DNA of 63,025 nucleotides, counting the filler, from Bigelowiella natans CCMP2755 (taxonomy: Eukaryota; Protista; Cercozoa), in assembly GCA_000320545.1 (NCBI GenBank). It is 5 parts of 5 records of this genome, joined end to end, with 100 filler letters (N's around TTAATTAATTAA, not from the genome) between each part and the next. Parts side by side here need not be neighbours in the genome. Positions count along the whole stretch, not along the records: positions 43,303 to 56,167 come from ADNK01001253.1; positions 56,268 to 63,025 come from ADNK01002481.1; 3 more parts are not named here. One strand, 5' to 3'. The notes beneath the pieces are model-generated. The model made no database searches. It was not told the origin of the DNA and worked only from the letters and a program-made list of their open reading frames with translations. Shown in pieces: positions 46,700-61,322 of the stretch; position 1 is the stretch's first letter; each line of letters begins with the position of its first letter. A program made the translations under genes and the position numbers.

Positions 46700-47577
46700 C
46701 AGCGTCCACATCTACTCTAAGATCTCGTCTTCCAAAGGAGTGTTATATAGAGGGATCTGGAAAAGCTCGGATTCTCTCCAAGCACGCCTCTCGTCTTGGC
46801 GAGAGCTTGCTTCGCTACCCAAAAACGATCGATTGGTAACATCGCCGCTGCGACATCTCTAAATACTGCTAGTTTCCTATCCGATCGTACATCGCCATAA
46901 GCCCCATGTAACACTCCCAGAGCAGCTTGCGGTCCTGATTAACATGCATCGGCCACGTGAGGGGCGGGGGGGGGGGGGGGGTGCCAATGCAAAACGCACC
47001 CAGCAACAACGCCAATGCACTGCGTTTTCAAAGGAAGCTCACGAAGCCAAAGGCACGTGATCTTCGAGCATGTAAACTGCAATGGCTCAAAATGGCTGCG
47101 AATCTTGTGCTTTTGACGATGTCGCAGAGAAACTATTTCATCGGCGAGTTAGGAACGCCTGCACCGTGTTTGACACTCATCATCATCTTCATCGTTTCCT
47201 TCTCTCAATATGCATTGCATTCCGTCCAACTCACCCTTCGAACGATCCCATCCTCAATACAGAGGTATACGATGAGCGGCTGTAAGATCAAGCTGCGAAA
47301 CACCTAAGAGGACCAGTTGTAACGTATGGTAAATTGACCGATGAAAGCCTTCCAAGACGACGGTGGGTATTTTTTAGATTCTTAGGAAATTTAACAAAAT
47401 CAACACTTGTGTCATTTACCAATCCTACGAGGAAGGCTACTATGGACATGTATATGCTTCTAATCCGAAGCAATTCATAGGTATACCTGAGGGGGGGGGA
47501 AGAGGATGATGATGGCCGCGACTTGAAGACAACGCAAATTAAAATGTATCAACTTATGTATTTATATTTTGTATGCG

Positions 47578-47617
<40 letters not shown>

Positions 47618-48045
47618 TTTGTCTTCATCCATACTTGAAGCTCAGAACGAACAAGATGAGAAAAAGAGCCAGGAAGCAGATAATGTACCTTTTGCAAACA
47701 AACAAAAGAAAACTTTATTGAAAATCCTACCAAGCTCTCGAAACCCCCATGGAAGAACTTTCTGGCTTTAGCTAATAAGAGGAGGGAGGACGAGAGCGAG
47801 TAGAAATATTTCCAGGGGCACGTCGCAAAGATGCGCATGGTGCTATTGCTTATCGTGAAGAATATCAGCATATACGTATGATTTCCCCTCTACCCTGTCG
47901 CAATAGTCATGGCAAAGTAGCCGATGAAATTGGGCACCATTGATATGTCAAAGTTCCGCACGTTTGATTGGTTGGACCCTCCCCTTTTTTCTCGAAGGCT
48001 ATGATATTGTCCTTTTATGAGGTCTACGAGCGTCTTGTTCATCTG

Positions 48046-48125
<80 letters not shown>

Positions 48126-48237
48126 GGGGTAAAGGAGAGATGTCAAACATATCATATATTGTGAGCGTCGTCTCCAGCCAACATCAGATGTTCGAAACTA
48201 TTACTGCTATCACCTCCACTACTCATCAGCAGCTCTC

Positions 48238-48268
<31 letters not shown>

Positions 48269-48622
48269 ACACATCATCGTCTGCCTCATATGCCTACCTT
48301 ATAGAGAATATAAAACATGAAGAGCAGGCTGATAATCATCGCAAATATCGATGCCATGATCACAGCCACCTACCAGCAATTACCAATCATTGACTCTTCT
48401 TATCAACGGAATCGATTGAAACTCGAGTACATATGCATATGATCGGGTGCAAACTCTGCATTTATGGTTGGAGAAAGGGGTAGGGAGCAGCATATCTAAG
48501 GCCCTTTTCTACCTGAAACGCGGCGGCTATTGCACGAATAATGGTCGCCAGATACCGCAAGATGATTCCACTCGTCTATACACGCACGTGCATACACAGG
48601 CACAGACAGACAGAAAGAGAGT

Positions 48623-48661
<39 letters not shown>

Positions 48662-50689
48662 ATATGTGCACGAGATTGGAAAATGTAGTTTGTATAGAAA
48701 GTCAGCAATAGCACTGATGGGTCATCTGAAAGGGTGGGGTGGTGGTTTGAAGGCTGGTACTTTAAAAAGAGGTGCTCCGCCGTCCAGAATGCTGAGTGCC
48801 TACATTGTATCACTCCCTTTTAGCGATAACAATCTTCCAATTTATACGTGTAACGTGCGCGCGCGCGCGCACACACCGACACACACACACACACACACGC
48901 ACATGATAATAGCACCACACATAAAGGCCTCCATCCTCATGTATATTGCTGCACTCGCTGCTGCTAGCCATTAGTTATTTTGAGGAAGTTGTTTTCCATA
49001 CGACCTACCTCTTTTATGGAGGTCAACTGGGTTATCGAAAAATCGAGCAGAAATTTCACATTGCTCGTCGCGTAAGCAACCTACACGAACAAGCTGTACT
49101 TATGTTTTCGGACGCAAAACCATCCAAACCCTTTAATCTCTCATCCTGGCCAACTCCTCGCTCCCTGCTTCCTCTCTATTAGCTTACATCATTCTTGATC
49201 TCAGCGGACACATTCGTCCTATTCAGAGCTGCAGAGCTATATTCTGATGGGGCGGATTTAGAGAGTGCGGGGTGACAACTTGGGGGGCCGGCATGCACAA
49301 CACGGTCATCATCTTTCAACATCCCTGCTCCTTCACGCGAAAATGCGAGGAGAGAGAGGTCTTCGCAATGAGCGTATGGGCCTCTGTCTGTGTGTTCACC
49401 CAAGGGGTACAATGACAATAACCGCCACCACCGTCACCGCAAACAAACCTAGCACCGTCCGCGTCTCGTTGAGGATATTCGTGATGTTCCCGATGTAGGA
49501 TCGCACATTGCCAACCACACCCTTCGACTGTGTTCGTGGGGCATCAAGAAAAGGGGGGGGGAGGGGGGTCGTCGCGATAAACAGCGAAGAGCGTGTTAAT
49601 TTCTCTCTCTCTGCCTGTCTGGCTATACGTGCGTGGTGTGTGTGTGTGTGTGTGCGCGCGTGTACGATAGTTTGTCGTCCTAGTAACGACATCAACGGAC
49701 AACGAGTAAAGCGATGTTGTTTGTGGTTGCTTGGAGGTCGGTAGAAAGTGCCTTTTCCGACGCCGTGTCCATGTAAGCTCCTCCCATATCGGCATTATCG
49801 GCTATAACGTGCTGGGGAGAAGAAAATGACAAGAGGACAAGAATTCAAAGAGGACCGAGGCAAAGGGGGGGGGGGAGAATTTGTCTTCTAGACATGGCGA
49901 GAGTGTTGAAGCAGAACATATCCATTCAATTAATGAGACTTGCATCGCCTTCTAATTCGCACAATGGTTGTGGAATACACGACGCACATAATGGCTACAG
50001 CTGTGTGGCGTGATAGGGGCTCTATGATATCTTCAATGTCGTCAATAGTAGCTTCTCGAAAAATATTCAATTCGCTCCGAATTTGCCGCACCTGGGCTTT
50101 CGTAATCCGCGGTTGCACTGAAAACATTGTAGACCACGGCACCACACAGCAGTTGATTACGTTAGACCCCTGCTTCTAAGCATCACTTTGGAAAAAAAAC
50201 GGGTTCTCGCACTTGCTGCACAGCTTTCTTGACGAAATATTCTAACCCTAAAACGCAGAGATGAAATCTACGGTACTAATAATTCCAGGGCCTTCCATGG
50301 GAATCACAGGATGGTGGTGTGTCGTGGTGTCCTGTCGCATAGCTAATGTGATGTGTGTGACTTCACCCCATAGTATCACTCCGGTGAAGAGCAAAATGAA
50401 GAATAGCGCTACTAAATACGCCGAGGCCACTTGCCCAGTCGGAAAGCAACCGAGTGTCTTTTGTCCCCCGCACAGCACTTTTTTGAGGGGGAAGAAAAAG
50501 GGGGGGGGGGGGGGGGGGGTAGGAACGATATCAACAAGGTTTTTATATGACTACTTTATCTTAAAATTGAAAATGGAACAAGATAGTCCCGGGAAGGACG
50601 TAAAAGTGCATGTAGGTTCCCCCGCGCCTCCTGTGTACACGTTCTTTTAGAACTTACCAAATTGGGTTCTGTGAGTGTATGTGCATGCA

Positions 50690-50735
<46 letters not shown>

Positions 50736-51985
50736 TCATCATAACCGAATCCTTTGGCGTCTTTTATCACAGAGAGACTCCAATACATCATCTTCATCAT
50801 CGGCTTCGTCGTCACTTTCGCTGTATGGATTGTGTCGATCTGCCCCGCCTTCCTTAGCACCCGCCCCGTAGTCGCTACTGTCCTTGGTATCTAATAAGGT
50901 ACAGCAGCAAAGAGTTTGGGTATGGCGCATTTGCCATAAATGGCATTACTACTAAAGGAGTAGCGGTAGTGGAAGAATCGATATACCGACGACTTTGCAA
51001 CTACACCCCGCCCCCATTGCTCTATCACGTTTACCTGTCTTTTCATCCTTTCTGCTATGAATTCCGAGCCTTTCTGGTGGGGGCGACGGTGGGGGATGCG
51101 TTGAAAACTTATTCGTCTTCGTATCGTGGTAAATCTGTGGTGGTGGTGGTGGTGGAAAAGGGAGTCAAATTTAGGCCATCTTCCGACGACGACGACGACG
51201 AAAGCATCATAGCTTTCTTTCCTATAAAAACTATTTGAAGGTCACTGAAATGCTACTGAAGTCAAGACTAATTCTAACAACTCTGAAAGCAGAGCAAGAA
51301 TCATCGGTGGCGTTGTTTCCACTCCTCAATTCGTCTATTGTGCTCTATTGATCCTACAGGGTCTCCCTCGGAATTGTAGTACATCGACACGTGCGGTGCA
51401 TCAGCCTGATAGAAGAGCGACTTTTGGATGAATGTTTTGAGATTTTCAGGGAGGAAACATGTGCTAAAAGAAGAAGAAGAAGAAGAAGAAGATGATGATG
51501 ATGAAGAAGAAGAAAGAGAAGGGTAGAGGCGAAAGGTCAAGAATGAAAGAAATTACTTATTTGCATTTTCGAAGGGTTAGAGGAATGCTATTTTCACCTA
51601 CCAGAAAGCCACGTTTAGGAATGCTTCTGCCGTATATATTATTGATCTTCTCGGTCACCAGAGCTTCGTCTTTTTCTTCCAGAATCTAAGACGCATCATC
51701 ATCCCCAAAGTGGTCATCCAAAGCGGCAAACAGAATGCCATACACCGCCCATCATGCCCGACCCCATAACAGCGGAAAAGTGCTAGTTTATGGAATCAAA
51801 GCTCTACTCATGCCGTCGCCATCTTCTTCTTCTTCTTCTTCTTCTTCTTCTTCTGCTTTTACCTCTCCATCTGGAAGAAACATTGCCCGGACAAACGTCA
51901 TCACTGAGAATATATGGTTAACATTTACCACAGAGATGGTAGTGTAGCAGGGGCTGGGGAGGGGACTAGATCTTGCTCGTTTCAT
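46700..51985 (-). CDS. Hypothetical multi-pass membrane protein, multi-exon
   Basis: Minus-strand exons with TM-like stretches: VASAYLVALFFILLFTGVILW, TVLGLFAVTVVAVIVIVPLG, VAVIMASIFAMIISLLFMF, MVPNFIGYFAMTIATG, IYMSIVAFLVG. Both ends approximate. Confidence 0.5.
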
Positions 51986-52687
51986 AGGGAGGAGGCTGTG
52001 TTACGTCGTAGGAGCAGGATCCGCCATATATTTATATTCATATTCATATAGTGCTATCACCCTCACACTCACATGTGTAGTGGGCATTCGCATTAGTATC
52101 AGTATCATCGTGGTACATTGTGCTGCAAATGCGAGCGTTGCCACGGAGAAGTTGATGATGTTCTGATAGGAAGGTTATAGGGTCCAAAGGAAGTATAGCT
52201 TTTAAGAAACAAACCGAGATTGACATCACTCCGCACTCACGCTCGAATCCATACATCGATACCCACACACAGACACGGCGCGCACATCCTTGAAGAAAAC
52301 TCGGCGCTCGATGTCCTCTCAGCGCTCCCGTTGTTGCGGTGCGTGCGCGCTCATCGTTAGAAGACTTACGGACTAACGAGAGCAGTGAATTACATACCCC
52401 AACGTCTGTCTTTGCGCTGGCGAATAACGAGCGCTCCTGATGATATGTATCTGTGTTGGATCGTTGGATGGCCAACAGCCTCTTCGTTGTGTGGCTTACT
52501 TACTCGGTATTCACTTCGATCCGAGATACCAAGATAGATGAAGAGGTGCAGGAAGCATTGCGCCGAGATCGATAGGCTTCATCACATAGTGCGTGAATGC
52601 CATATGTTACAATGAGCGCGGTGTATAACCAATGTAGACACCATTAATACCAAGAATTGGCGAGCAAGTGCGCTCTTTTATCAAATA

Positions 52688-52731
<44 letters not shown>

Positions 52732-52994
52732 CCATGTGAGACTGCTACCTGTTTCCAAGCATGCACATGTACCGAACAGTACCCGTCAGACGCAGTGAGT
52801 TTGAGGCCAATGTCAACAGCGAGATTACTGGGAAAATTGCCGAGAATCCGAAAAGAAGGAAAATCTGAGCCGCATCGACGAAGAAGTGAATGAATTTTAC
52901 TCAAACCAATCGATGATTGTTTGGATGATATTGGCACAACAAATGGCGGATGTGTCACAGAACATACGTACACAGACGTCAATTTCAATGTGAA

Positions 52995-53030
<36 letters not shown>

Positions 53031-53614
53031 TGTGTATCCCCCGAGTAAATGTCCATGTACGTGTCGCATACCGGTCCTATGCTCCCATCCACGTTCGGAA
53101 TGAACATTTGCATCACTACTAACAGCAAAATTGCGTACACATTTGCAAAGACCTGAGGCAGAGAAAAAGTTGGAAGTTGGAAGAACGTAAGAACAATAAC
53201 AATCATCCTTGAATGGAACTCATCCATGCATGATAGACAACACCAAGGTTAGAAATCGAATATGAACAAGAGTTGTGTTTTTTGAGTAACACAAGCGAAA
53301 TCGCTCTGCCAGGCTGTTTTACACGAAAAAGGCTTGGAGATTTCAGAAGCCATTTGTTAAACAGTCACGTTTTGGGCATCTGTTGTGACGTAGATTCTGC
53401 TGCATATTGTAATGAGCTATGTTTCCGACAGATACCTGGAAAATTGGGCTCCGGACGTTATCAAATGTCGTGTCGATCAGAGGTTGATTCTTGCGCTTCA
53501 GATTCTTTTCAAAATCACAATGACCATCTTGTAAACTCTCTCTCTCTCTCTCTCTCCCCCACATCTTATTGTGCGAAATGAGGAAAAAAATGTGTGTGTT
53601 TGTAGATATGCGCT

Positions 53615-53657
<43 letters not shown>

Positions 53658-55030
53658 CGCGCGCGAGTTTGCACTTCTTCTCACGTTTTGCAAAACAATC
53701 GTCATTGCCACTTGACGACATGTAGTAGAGATAACACCGTGCAGATCGCGATGAAAAGGAAAAAATGTTTCTTTAGGCTACTACATCATCTCGCTTGTTC
53801 TTCTGATCAGGCATTTTGTTGATATTTCTGGACGCTATTCGTGAGTCTTCTCCCGAGCCCTCAGAAGCATCATCACATGGAAGTCCGTAGATTCGGCGAA
53901 GATGTGCCACAGTTGCGAGTGAAACCAATGCGCCTAAACGTTGCTGCAGTCAGCAATTTCGATGACAATGGACGCATGAAAACATCACCTAGAAGCGCGG
54001 ACGAGATGGCCAGCGCGAGGTGAAAGTGCTCTCTCATCTTTGCGGTTAGAAGCTCTGCACGCTCATGGGAGTGCTCTCATCGGTTTCGGTTAATGCTAAT
54101 GCCATTTTGTCTCTTTTCAAACCGAGGGGGTTTTCTCTGCGCGACAACAAAATTCATCGGATTTATTTCGCCAGTTTTCTTGTCGACGTCAATGTTCTCA
54201 TTGACGTCTTGCAACGTTTTGGAAATCATCCAAAGAGGAGGGAGGGGCGGAACGGTGGAACTTGACACGTGGTTCTTGACAGCATGCAGGGCCACAACAT
54301 CAGCCGCATGGAACGCACTGCGCACAGTGATGGAGAGTGATCATGATGAAGTGAGAGAGAATGCAATCGATTTCTTCTTGTGGTTGTTCTGAATCGAACT
54401 GACGGCGTGCCAAACCGAAGGCGCGACACCACACCAATGGAACCACACGTGGTTGGGAACGCACCCTGATCGATCGCGACACTGTGGGGGAACTCACAAC
54501 CCTCAACAGGTGCAGCACCTCGATGGCTGTGGAGGTGACCACGTCTGATTCCGCACCACTGCATGCACCGTGCTGGCACGCTAGCACGTTTCATTCATCC
54601 CCAATCGCCACAGCGTTCGCTTTTGATTATGCGGGTGTGTGTTGACAACATTGTGTGCATTGCGCTTTGCTCAACGTGCAATCGCCGCCATCACAACACT
54701 TGAATGTCGGGGTTTTGTCCTCTCATTGCTAGAATGGGCTGTTCGATGTGCTGCAATCATTTGCCCGCACAAGTGAAAAAGTTGGAGGGGAACGTTTGAC
54801 GCTTGCGTCTTCAGTTTGTCCTGAGTGAACTTTGTCTCCATGCACAGCATGTGGGTCATCGCAGTGATGCGATGTTGTTCGATTCCATGCGGCCACACGA
54901 CCAGCAGCAGTGCAGCGTTGGGAATTTGCTGCAGGAAGCATTGCACCATGGTTGGATCCATGTTCCCACGAGCAGCTAGCGCTGAAAAGCTGAAAGGCGC
55001 ATAGTGCATTTGCACACGCACACACGCGAC

Positions 55031-55272
55031 AGCTACATGAGGATGACCATTGAACATCAATTAATTCATTGCATCCGTCTTTCTCGCGACAGATTCGATG
55101 TTAGCGCTGTGGCCGCTGTGGTGCACAGCTACATGAGGATGACCATTGAACAAATTTGATTTAATTCATCACATCCGTCTTGCGCGCGCTGTGGCCACTG
55201 CATTGCATGGCTACATGAGGATGACCATTGAATTTGAACAAATTTAATTGATTAATTACATCCGTCTTATGT
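55031..55272. repeat. Three diverged ~85-95 bp tandem copies, core GCTACATGAGGATGACCATTGAA...CATCCGTCTT
   Basis: Copies start near 55031, 55127 and 55210. Confidence 0.9.
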
Positions 55273-55497
55273 GCAGTCTCACAGGGCCATTCATGTTTCC
55301 ACAAGCACCATTGGTGTCGAACTCAAAACGGCATATGAAGGGGCTTTTTAACAATTCCTGCTCTGATGCGATGTGGAGACGTACATGTACTGTGCACATG
55401 CATGTCCTACGATTTGCGGGTAGCCTGCTGTGCGTGTTGTTGTGCGTGAGCAATGGACAAGCGTGGTGAGCCCCCAGACTGCATAGCACGCTCCGCT

Positions 55498-55964
55498 TCA
55501 GCCCTGTTGTCCAAGTACGCGACCCAAAAGATCCATCTTTGACACGACATCCGCATCAGCGTTCTTGGAATCCTATCGACAGAGTCACAAGCGTTTTTGT
55601 CATTAAAACACACCTTTGCGCAAATGAGGAACACGTCGCGCTCTAACATGCAGGTTGCGATGGTATGCTCCGCGCTCTCCCCATCGCTCTCCCCATCCCT
55701 CACCCCACCCCACCCGTCCGGCTTTCTCGTTCGATGTGGATGTTAGCCTTACGTCATCGAGCCCTTCGAACAGCTCCTTGGCAATCGTGAAATGCTTCAG
55801 GGCTTCCTGATTTTTATCTTGACAGCAGGAGGAGAAGGAGGAGGAGGAGGAGGAGAAACCACCGTGTGGAAACAGGGTGGACGCCATTGTTAGCATAATA
55901 CGCTTGTCACTCGCAAACGCGCACACACACGCACACGCATTCACAGACAGACAGACAGACAGAC

Positions 55965-56004
<40 letters not shown>

Positions 56005-56015
56005 ACCCTATAAGA

Positions 56016-56049
<34 letters not shown>

Positions 56050-56137
56050 GCTGTTACTGCTGCTGCTAGTACCGTGGTTATATAGCGTAATAGCATAGTT
56101 TAGATGGAATAAGTGGTCCGTCTCCATCTCGATCGCC
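55498..56137 (-). CDS. BBS4: Bardet-Biedl syndrome 4 (BBSome TPR subunit), last three exons
   Basis: AIEMETDHLFHLNYAITLYNH|DKNQEALKHFTIAKELFEGLDD|DSKNADADVVSKMDLLGRVLGQQG* matches the LNYAxxLYN final TPR of BBS4. Confidence 0.75.
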
Positions 56138-56167
56138 CTGACAAGAGAAGAGAGAAGTAGTGGGAAA

Positions 56168-56267
56168 NNNNNNNNNNNNNNNNNNNNNNNNNNNNNNNNN
56201 NNNNNNNNNNNTTAATTAATTAANNNNNNNNNNNNNNNNNNNNNNNNNNNNNNNNNNNNNNNNNNNN
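56168..56267. other. Artificial contig linker
   Basis: N44-TTAATTAATTAA-N44. Confidence 0.98.
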
Positions 56268-56299
56268 CCACGAGACCCCCCCAGCCAACACTCACAAAA

Positions 56300-58140
56300 A
56301 CAAGTTTGAGGGGGGGGGGGGCGGAGGGAGGCTGACAATTACTGTTGGAGTTCCTCTTCATAAATATGATTTACCACATACCCCCCCGCGCGCCCTCACC
56401 CCCCCCTCCCCACACACGCACCCATAGCCACTCTTCCCGGGCGATCTTGATCTTGACGCTTGATTCAATCGGCATGAGCAATATGTCATTATCTTTGTCG
56501 GGATACACGGTGGTCTCCGAGGTGGCGTCGTCGTAGTTGATGACGATCTTCCACACGAGGCCATTCCCCGCCAACACGCCTTCGCCCTTCTTCTTTTCCT
56601 CCTGCGCCCCCCCCCCCTCAGCTTTGCTCAGTTTCTCTAGAGAAGCGAGCGTTCCCGAGTACCACACACCGTCGTCAAATCGGACTACGATCCGCCCCCC
56701 CACCTCGGGCTGATGCAAGAATTGTTTGTTAGGAAGAGCAGGGAGAGAAACAAAATCAGGGGAAGGCGACGCGCTCCCCTCGAAAGATATGCGCGTTTGC
56801 ACAGCAGCACCTGGCGGAGAAGGCCTCGACTTTGAAAAATGAGTTTCCAGTCAATCAGCTCACGGTTGCAGCTTAAGTCCAGGGACTTCCATTTCTATCG
56901 AGAGATAATTGTTTCATGGGGGTTGTGCGATCCGGAATCACGAGGGCAAAGAAACTTAGAAGGGAAACACATAGCACTGCAGGCACAGTAGAGGTTTGTG
57001 AGAAGTGGATAGGCCTCTTTCACAGGAAGCAGGGAGTAATTCTTTGCATACCTCCCACTCTGTCGACGAGCAGACGTCTTTTGGTGGAGATTTCTCTCCA
57101 AACTTAGAAGTGACCTATGTGCGCAAAGTGAGTACAGCAAAACGCATTTCCTTCATCAGCCACCCTCGACCAACTATTAAATTTGAACCACCTGATCTAC
57201 AAAGTCTTTGTCTCGCCGCCGTATCCACTTGACAATTTTGTTTCTGGAATTCATTTTTCAAAAATACACGAGAGAAGTTCAGTTAGCTTGCAGCAATGAA
57301 ACACGCAATAGTGGAGGAGGACTTACTCGTTCTCCGTTGTTTTTGCTTGAAGCCTCGTTACAAGCAAATCACGGACACGTGGAGGAATTGGATATAACAT
57401 GTCTCGCACAGCTATCTGTTGAACTCTGCGTGAGAGGGCGTCATCCTTTGATTTCCAGGGATCTTGCTCAGTCTTTTGACGCTTTGTTGCTCTCTGAACT
57501 GCTGGAGCTGTCTTTGCCTTCTTTACGACTTTCTTTGGGGTTTTCTTCTTCTCCGCCTTCTTCTTCTTTCTTTTCTTCCTCTTGTTTTTGCAAGCTTTGC
57601 AGTTTTCAAGCTCATCTTCGTTCTTGAGAGTGCACCACTCACAAACCCTGTATGTAGATCCACACCACCAGAATGAGAGGGGGGAGATAGTAGAAGGGGT
57701 ATGAAAGGAGAGACGGAGAGGTATGGGGAAGAAACTACACATAATGGATTGACAGCTTTATCTTTGTCGCATCCTAAGCCTCCTCACAAGATACGAACTA
57801 TAAGCATTTACGAGGGTGGCGTCTATCATCCGCGTGTGCGGATGCGTGTGGAAGAAAGCGTCGAATTTCCTTTTCACATGCGTAACATGGAATTTACCAC
57901 ATTCGACTTGTCGGGCCTTAGGATTGATTGAGATCGTGCTGTGAGATCGATGACGGTCACGCAACGAGGGGGGGGGTGTGCACAAATACGATTCTTCGGC
58001 AGCCGACAAACCAACAATCCGTGATAGATGCTGTCCGCCAATTCGCCCCTAGCGCTCACAGATGAAGAATCACGCAAAAAGTATTCGAAAAATATATCCA
58101 AATTATCCTTACGACAATAACATCTATCATGTCTTACTAT
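56300..58140 (-). CDS. Nuclear protein with RanBP2-type zinc finger and Tudor-like domain; 3'-truncated by gap
   Basis: VCEWCTLKNEDELENCKAC (C-x2-C-x10-C-x2-C) followed by a Lys-rich NLS-like stretch; PEVGGRIVVRFDDGVWYSGT...WKIVINYDDATSE is Tudor-like. Ends approximate. Confidence 0.6.
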
Positions 58141-58734
58141 CAAAATATATCCAACTCGCCGGCTTTTTCATCACCAGATCGGACACCGGCTTCATCAGCC
58201 TTGTCGGAAGTCTAGAATGCTTTCTGTATTTGCCCTGAGACTTGGGGCTTCTGGTGTTGTTTTGGACAGGAAGGAATACGCATGTCGCTGTACTAAAAAC
58301 CAATGAAGTTTTTGCAAACGACTCTCTGATTGATTTTTGATGAATGCGGTGGACAATTCTATGACGCAGCTACGAAATACTGTGGTCTTACCTGGTTTAT
58401 TTGCCGGTTCCTTGGTGAGCAATCCGGCGAACAGTCAAATCCAGAAATCGAGCGGCTTTAACGCTACAGGTGTCCAGTAGTATAGTTTTCTGAAAACCAA
58501 TAAATGTTCCCGAAATATGAACTCAAATTTCGGCAAAAATATATCGATAATATATCAATAATATCTTTTAATGAATTACTTCCGAACTAACCGGGCCGTG
58601 TCTGCTAGATGCGAATGGCCGCTCTTCCGGTTTCGCTCTGGAAGCACACCCTCCATTTGCATACTCAAACTTGAACCTTTCAAAGGCTTGCTGTTCGAGA
58701 GCTGCTAATTTAGTCGCAAGGCTGTCGACCGGCT

Positions 58735-58856
58735 ATGAGAAAGCATGCGCCACGCTCAATCAGCAGCAGGCGCGACGGCGCGGTTCTCCTCACAGTAGCC
58801 GCTTTGATCGCTTTCTCGACGTCGGCATCACCAAAGGTGCGATCGAGGAGCGCACC

Positions 58857-58908
<52 letters not shown>

Positions 58909-58918
58909 ACATATATAT

Positions 58919-58966
<48 letters not shown>

Positions 58967-61045
58967 GTGTGTGTGTATGTGTGATATTCTTGCAGCCCAC
59001 ATCAAACCCGCTGCAAAGTAGTTTGCTGGACATGCTTCCGGACGAAATACCTCTCAGGTGTGAAAACATTAATTCCCGTCTACTTCAAAGCGTATAATGC
59101 ATTGGTATACCCCCCCCCCCCCTCCCCGAACAGCTTGACGGATATATCGGTGGAAGACCTAGTCGCCACCAGGAGGAGAGCAGTTAATGCAAACACCAAG
59201 AACAAACCTCTTGGGGGGCGAATATGTGGGTTCAGGCATCACTGCAATCCAAGAAATCTGGTTGTGAAAAACGATTTTACACTTTGATTATCCCCTCTAT
59301 CTTAGTCAATCTATCGTTGAACTGGAGGAGATGGGAGGGAGGGGGCGGTAGATTGAAGCTCATCGGATTCTCAAACTGAATCATTTTTTCTCTCTCACAC
59401 TTCAGTCAAAAGAAGAAAAGCAGAGAAAGCTCAAGAAGAAGGTCCTTCTTTTAATCGTAATTTCAGGGGGGGAGGGGCAAAGGGAATAATGTGAGGCAAC
59501 GAACGAATGCTTCGACAACAGTCCCCCGAAACAGTCTCCGGGCGTATCGTTCTAAAAGAAGCATGCTCAGATAGCGTGCACTAGCCGAGCCATATCACGT
59601 AACTGAGCTGTCGCCATGCCTGATATACAGCCAAGCGTATTGCCTCGAATTCTCGTCAAGAAGAACTTTGATCTTTGCAACGGTTCTCTGCTGAGCTACT
59701 GCGACTTGGACATCATCGAAAAGCTGCAGAAGGTCAGTTGGAGCACAAATTTGCTAAACGGAAGCCATGAGGCCGTGGGGGGGAGGAGGCTGCAGCTCAT
59801 CGTCCACTATGAGCATAGTCAAGCACGTGTGTGCGTGTGTGTGTGTGTGTGTTGTGTTTGGACGGGCATCTATAGGAACTACACATTTGCGTGGCTGCTG
59901 CTGCTGCTGCTGCTGTGCATAACTGATCTTTGTGGCACTCGCTTGTGTGCATGTGATAAGGGCGAGACAGACGAGGAGGCGTTCGAGGAGTTCTGGAATA
60001 ACAGGATCCTGAAGAATAAGAAGGGTGGGGCGAGAGGAGCAGCCATAAACGAAAAGGAGACTAAACACGCACAGTTCTGAGAAAAGCACACTAAGTATGA
60101 CTTACTTCGATCGTGATAATGCAGGCGCGCGGAGGATCCCATCTCGCATTGTTAATAAAGAGGAAGAGAATATCAATGCTGCGGTATTGCCTTTTGCTTT
60201 CAGTCTTCTTTACGCAAACGAAGAAACCTAAACTGCCCCTCCCCCCCGCCCCCCCTCTTCTTCCACCCCAAAACGAACGGCCTTCTGCTTCTCATCATTT
60301 ACCAAGTTTTGCTTTCTCTTTCCTTCCTTGAACGTCCAGACATTATTGTAATATCCCCTATTCAACATCATCACATGCATCTATCTTTTCTACACATTGG
60401 CAGCTGGATGAGCTGCTGCCGCTGTGTGATTCGGTGCAGCAACGACTGTATCGTATGAGGTAGTAAAAACAACATAAATGAGGGGGGGGGGGGGGCGTTC
60501 GTTTCTCCAGCACATGTATTCTCTTCCTCGCCGCCCAACCTCACGACAACAATCGAATGTAACATCTCATCATTCGTCATCATCGTCCTCCCCGTCGCCT
60601 TTGCGAGCAGGAAGAAGGCCTTCATATTCCGCGACGAGGCCTTCTGGGCGGGTGGGACGCTGGGTGGCGAGGACGAAGCGAGGGGAGGGGGAAGAGACAG
60701 GGGAGACGTTCAGGAGGAGGGCGCCGAGCAGCACGGGGGCGTTATCATGTTTGACAGCAGGAGGACCAGGCGTCCAGTAGGCCCTTCCATCGGTCTTTCA
60801 AAGGTGATAGTGCTGATGATGCTCGTTCTCGTCGTCGTCGTCGTCTGTGTTAGCCGCCGTGTCTACGCTGAGTAAAGTCTCACTCCTGAGGAAGAGGAGA
60901 AATAGAATGGGATCGAATCGTTGGATCAACGTTTCCCGGGGAGGGGCGGTGCGGGGAAGGGTTCGTGGTGGATGCATTGCATTTCGCATATGGAGCTGTG
61001 AAGGGAATCGACGCGGATATTTGCCATTGGTTAATCACACTCCTG

Positions 61046-61080
<35 letters not shown>

Positions 61081-61242
61081 TCTCCCCCCTCCCTCCCTCC
61101 CCCCCTCCCTCTCTCTTTTTCTTTTGGCAGGTGGTGGGGTCGTCCGAGGGGGCAGGCGCTGTGAGCATCTCCTTCGCTTCACTGGGGATATCACCCGATT
61201 TCGCAGGGGTGCTGCAAGCCCTTGGGTGACGCTAAATATAAA

Positions 61243-61322
<80 letters not shown>

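Noticed and set aside
52044-54100. Possible minus-strand gene
   Set aside because: Some exon-like pieces, but I could not build a consistent spliced frame or find a motif.
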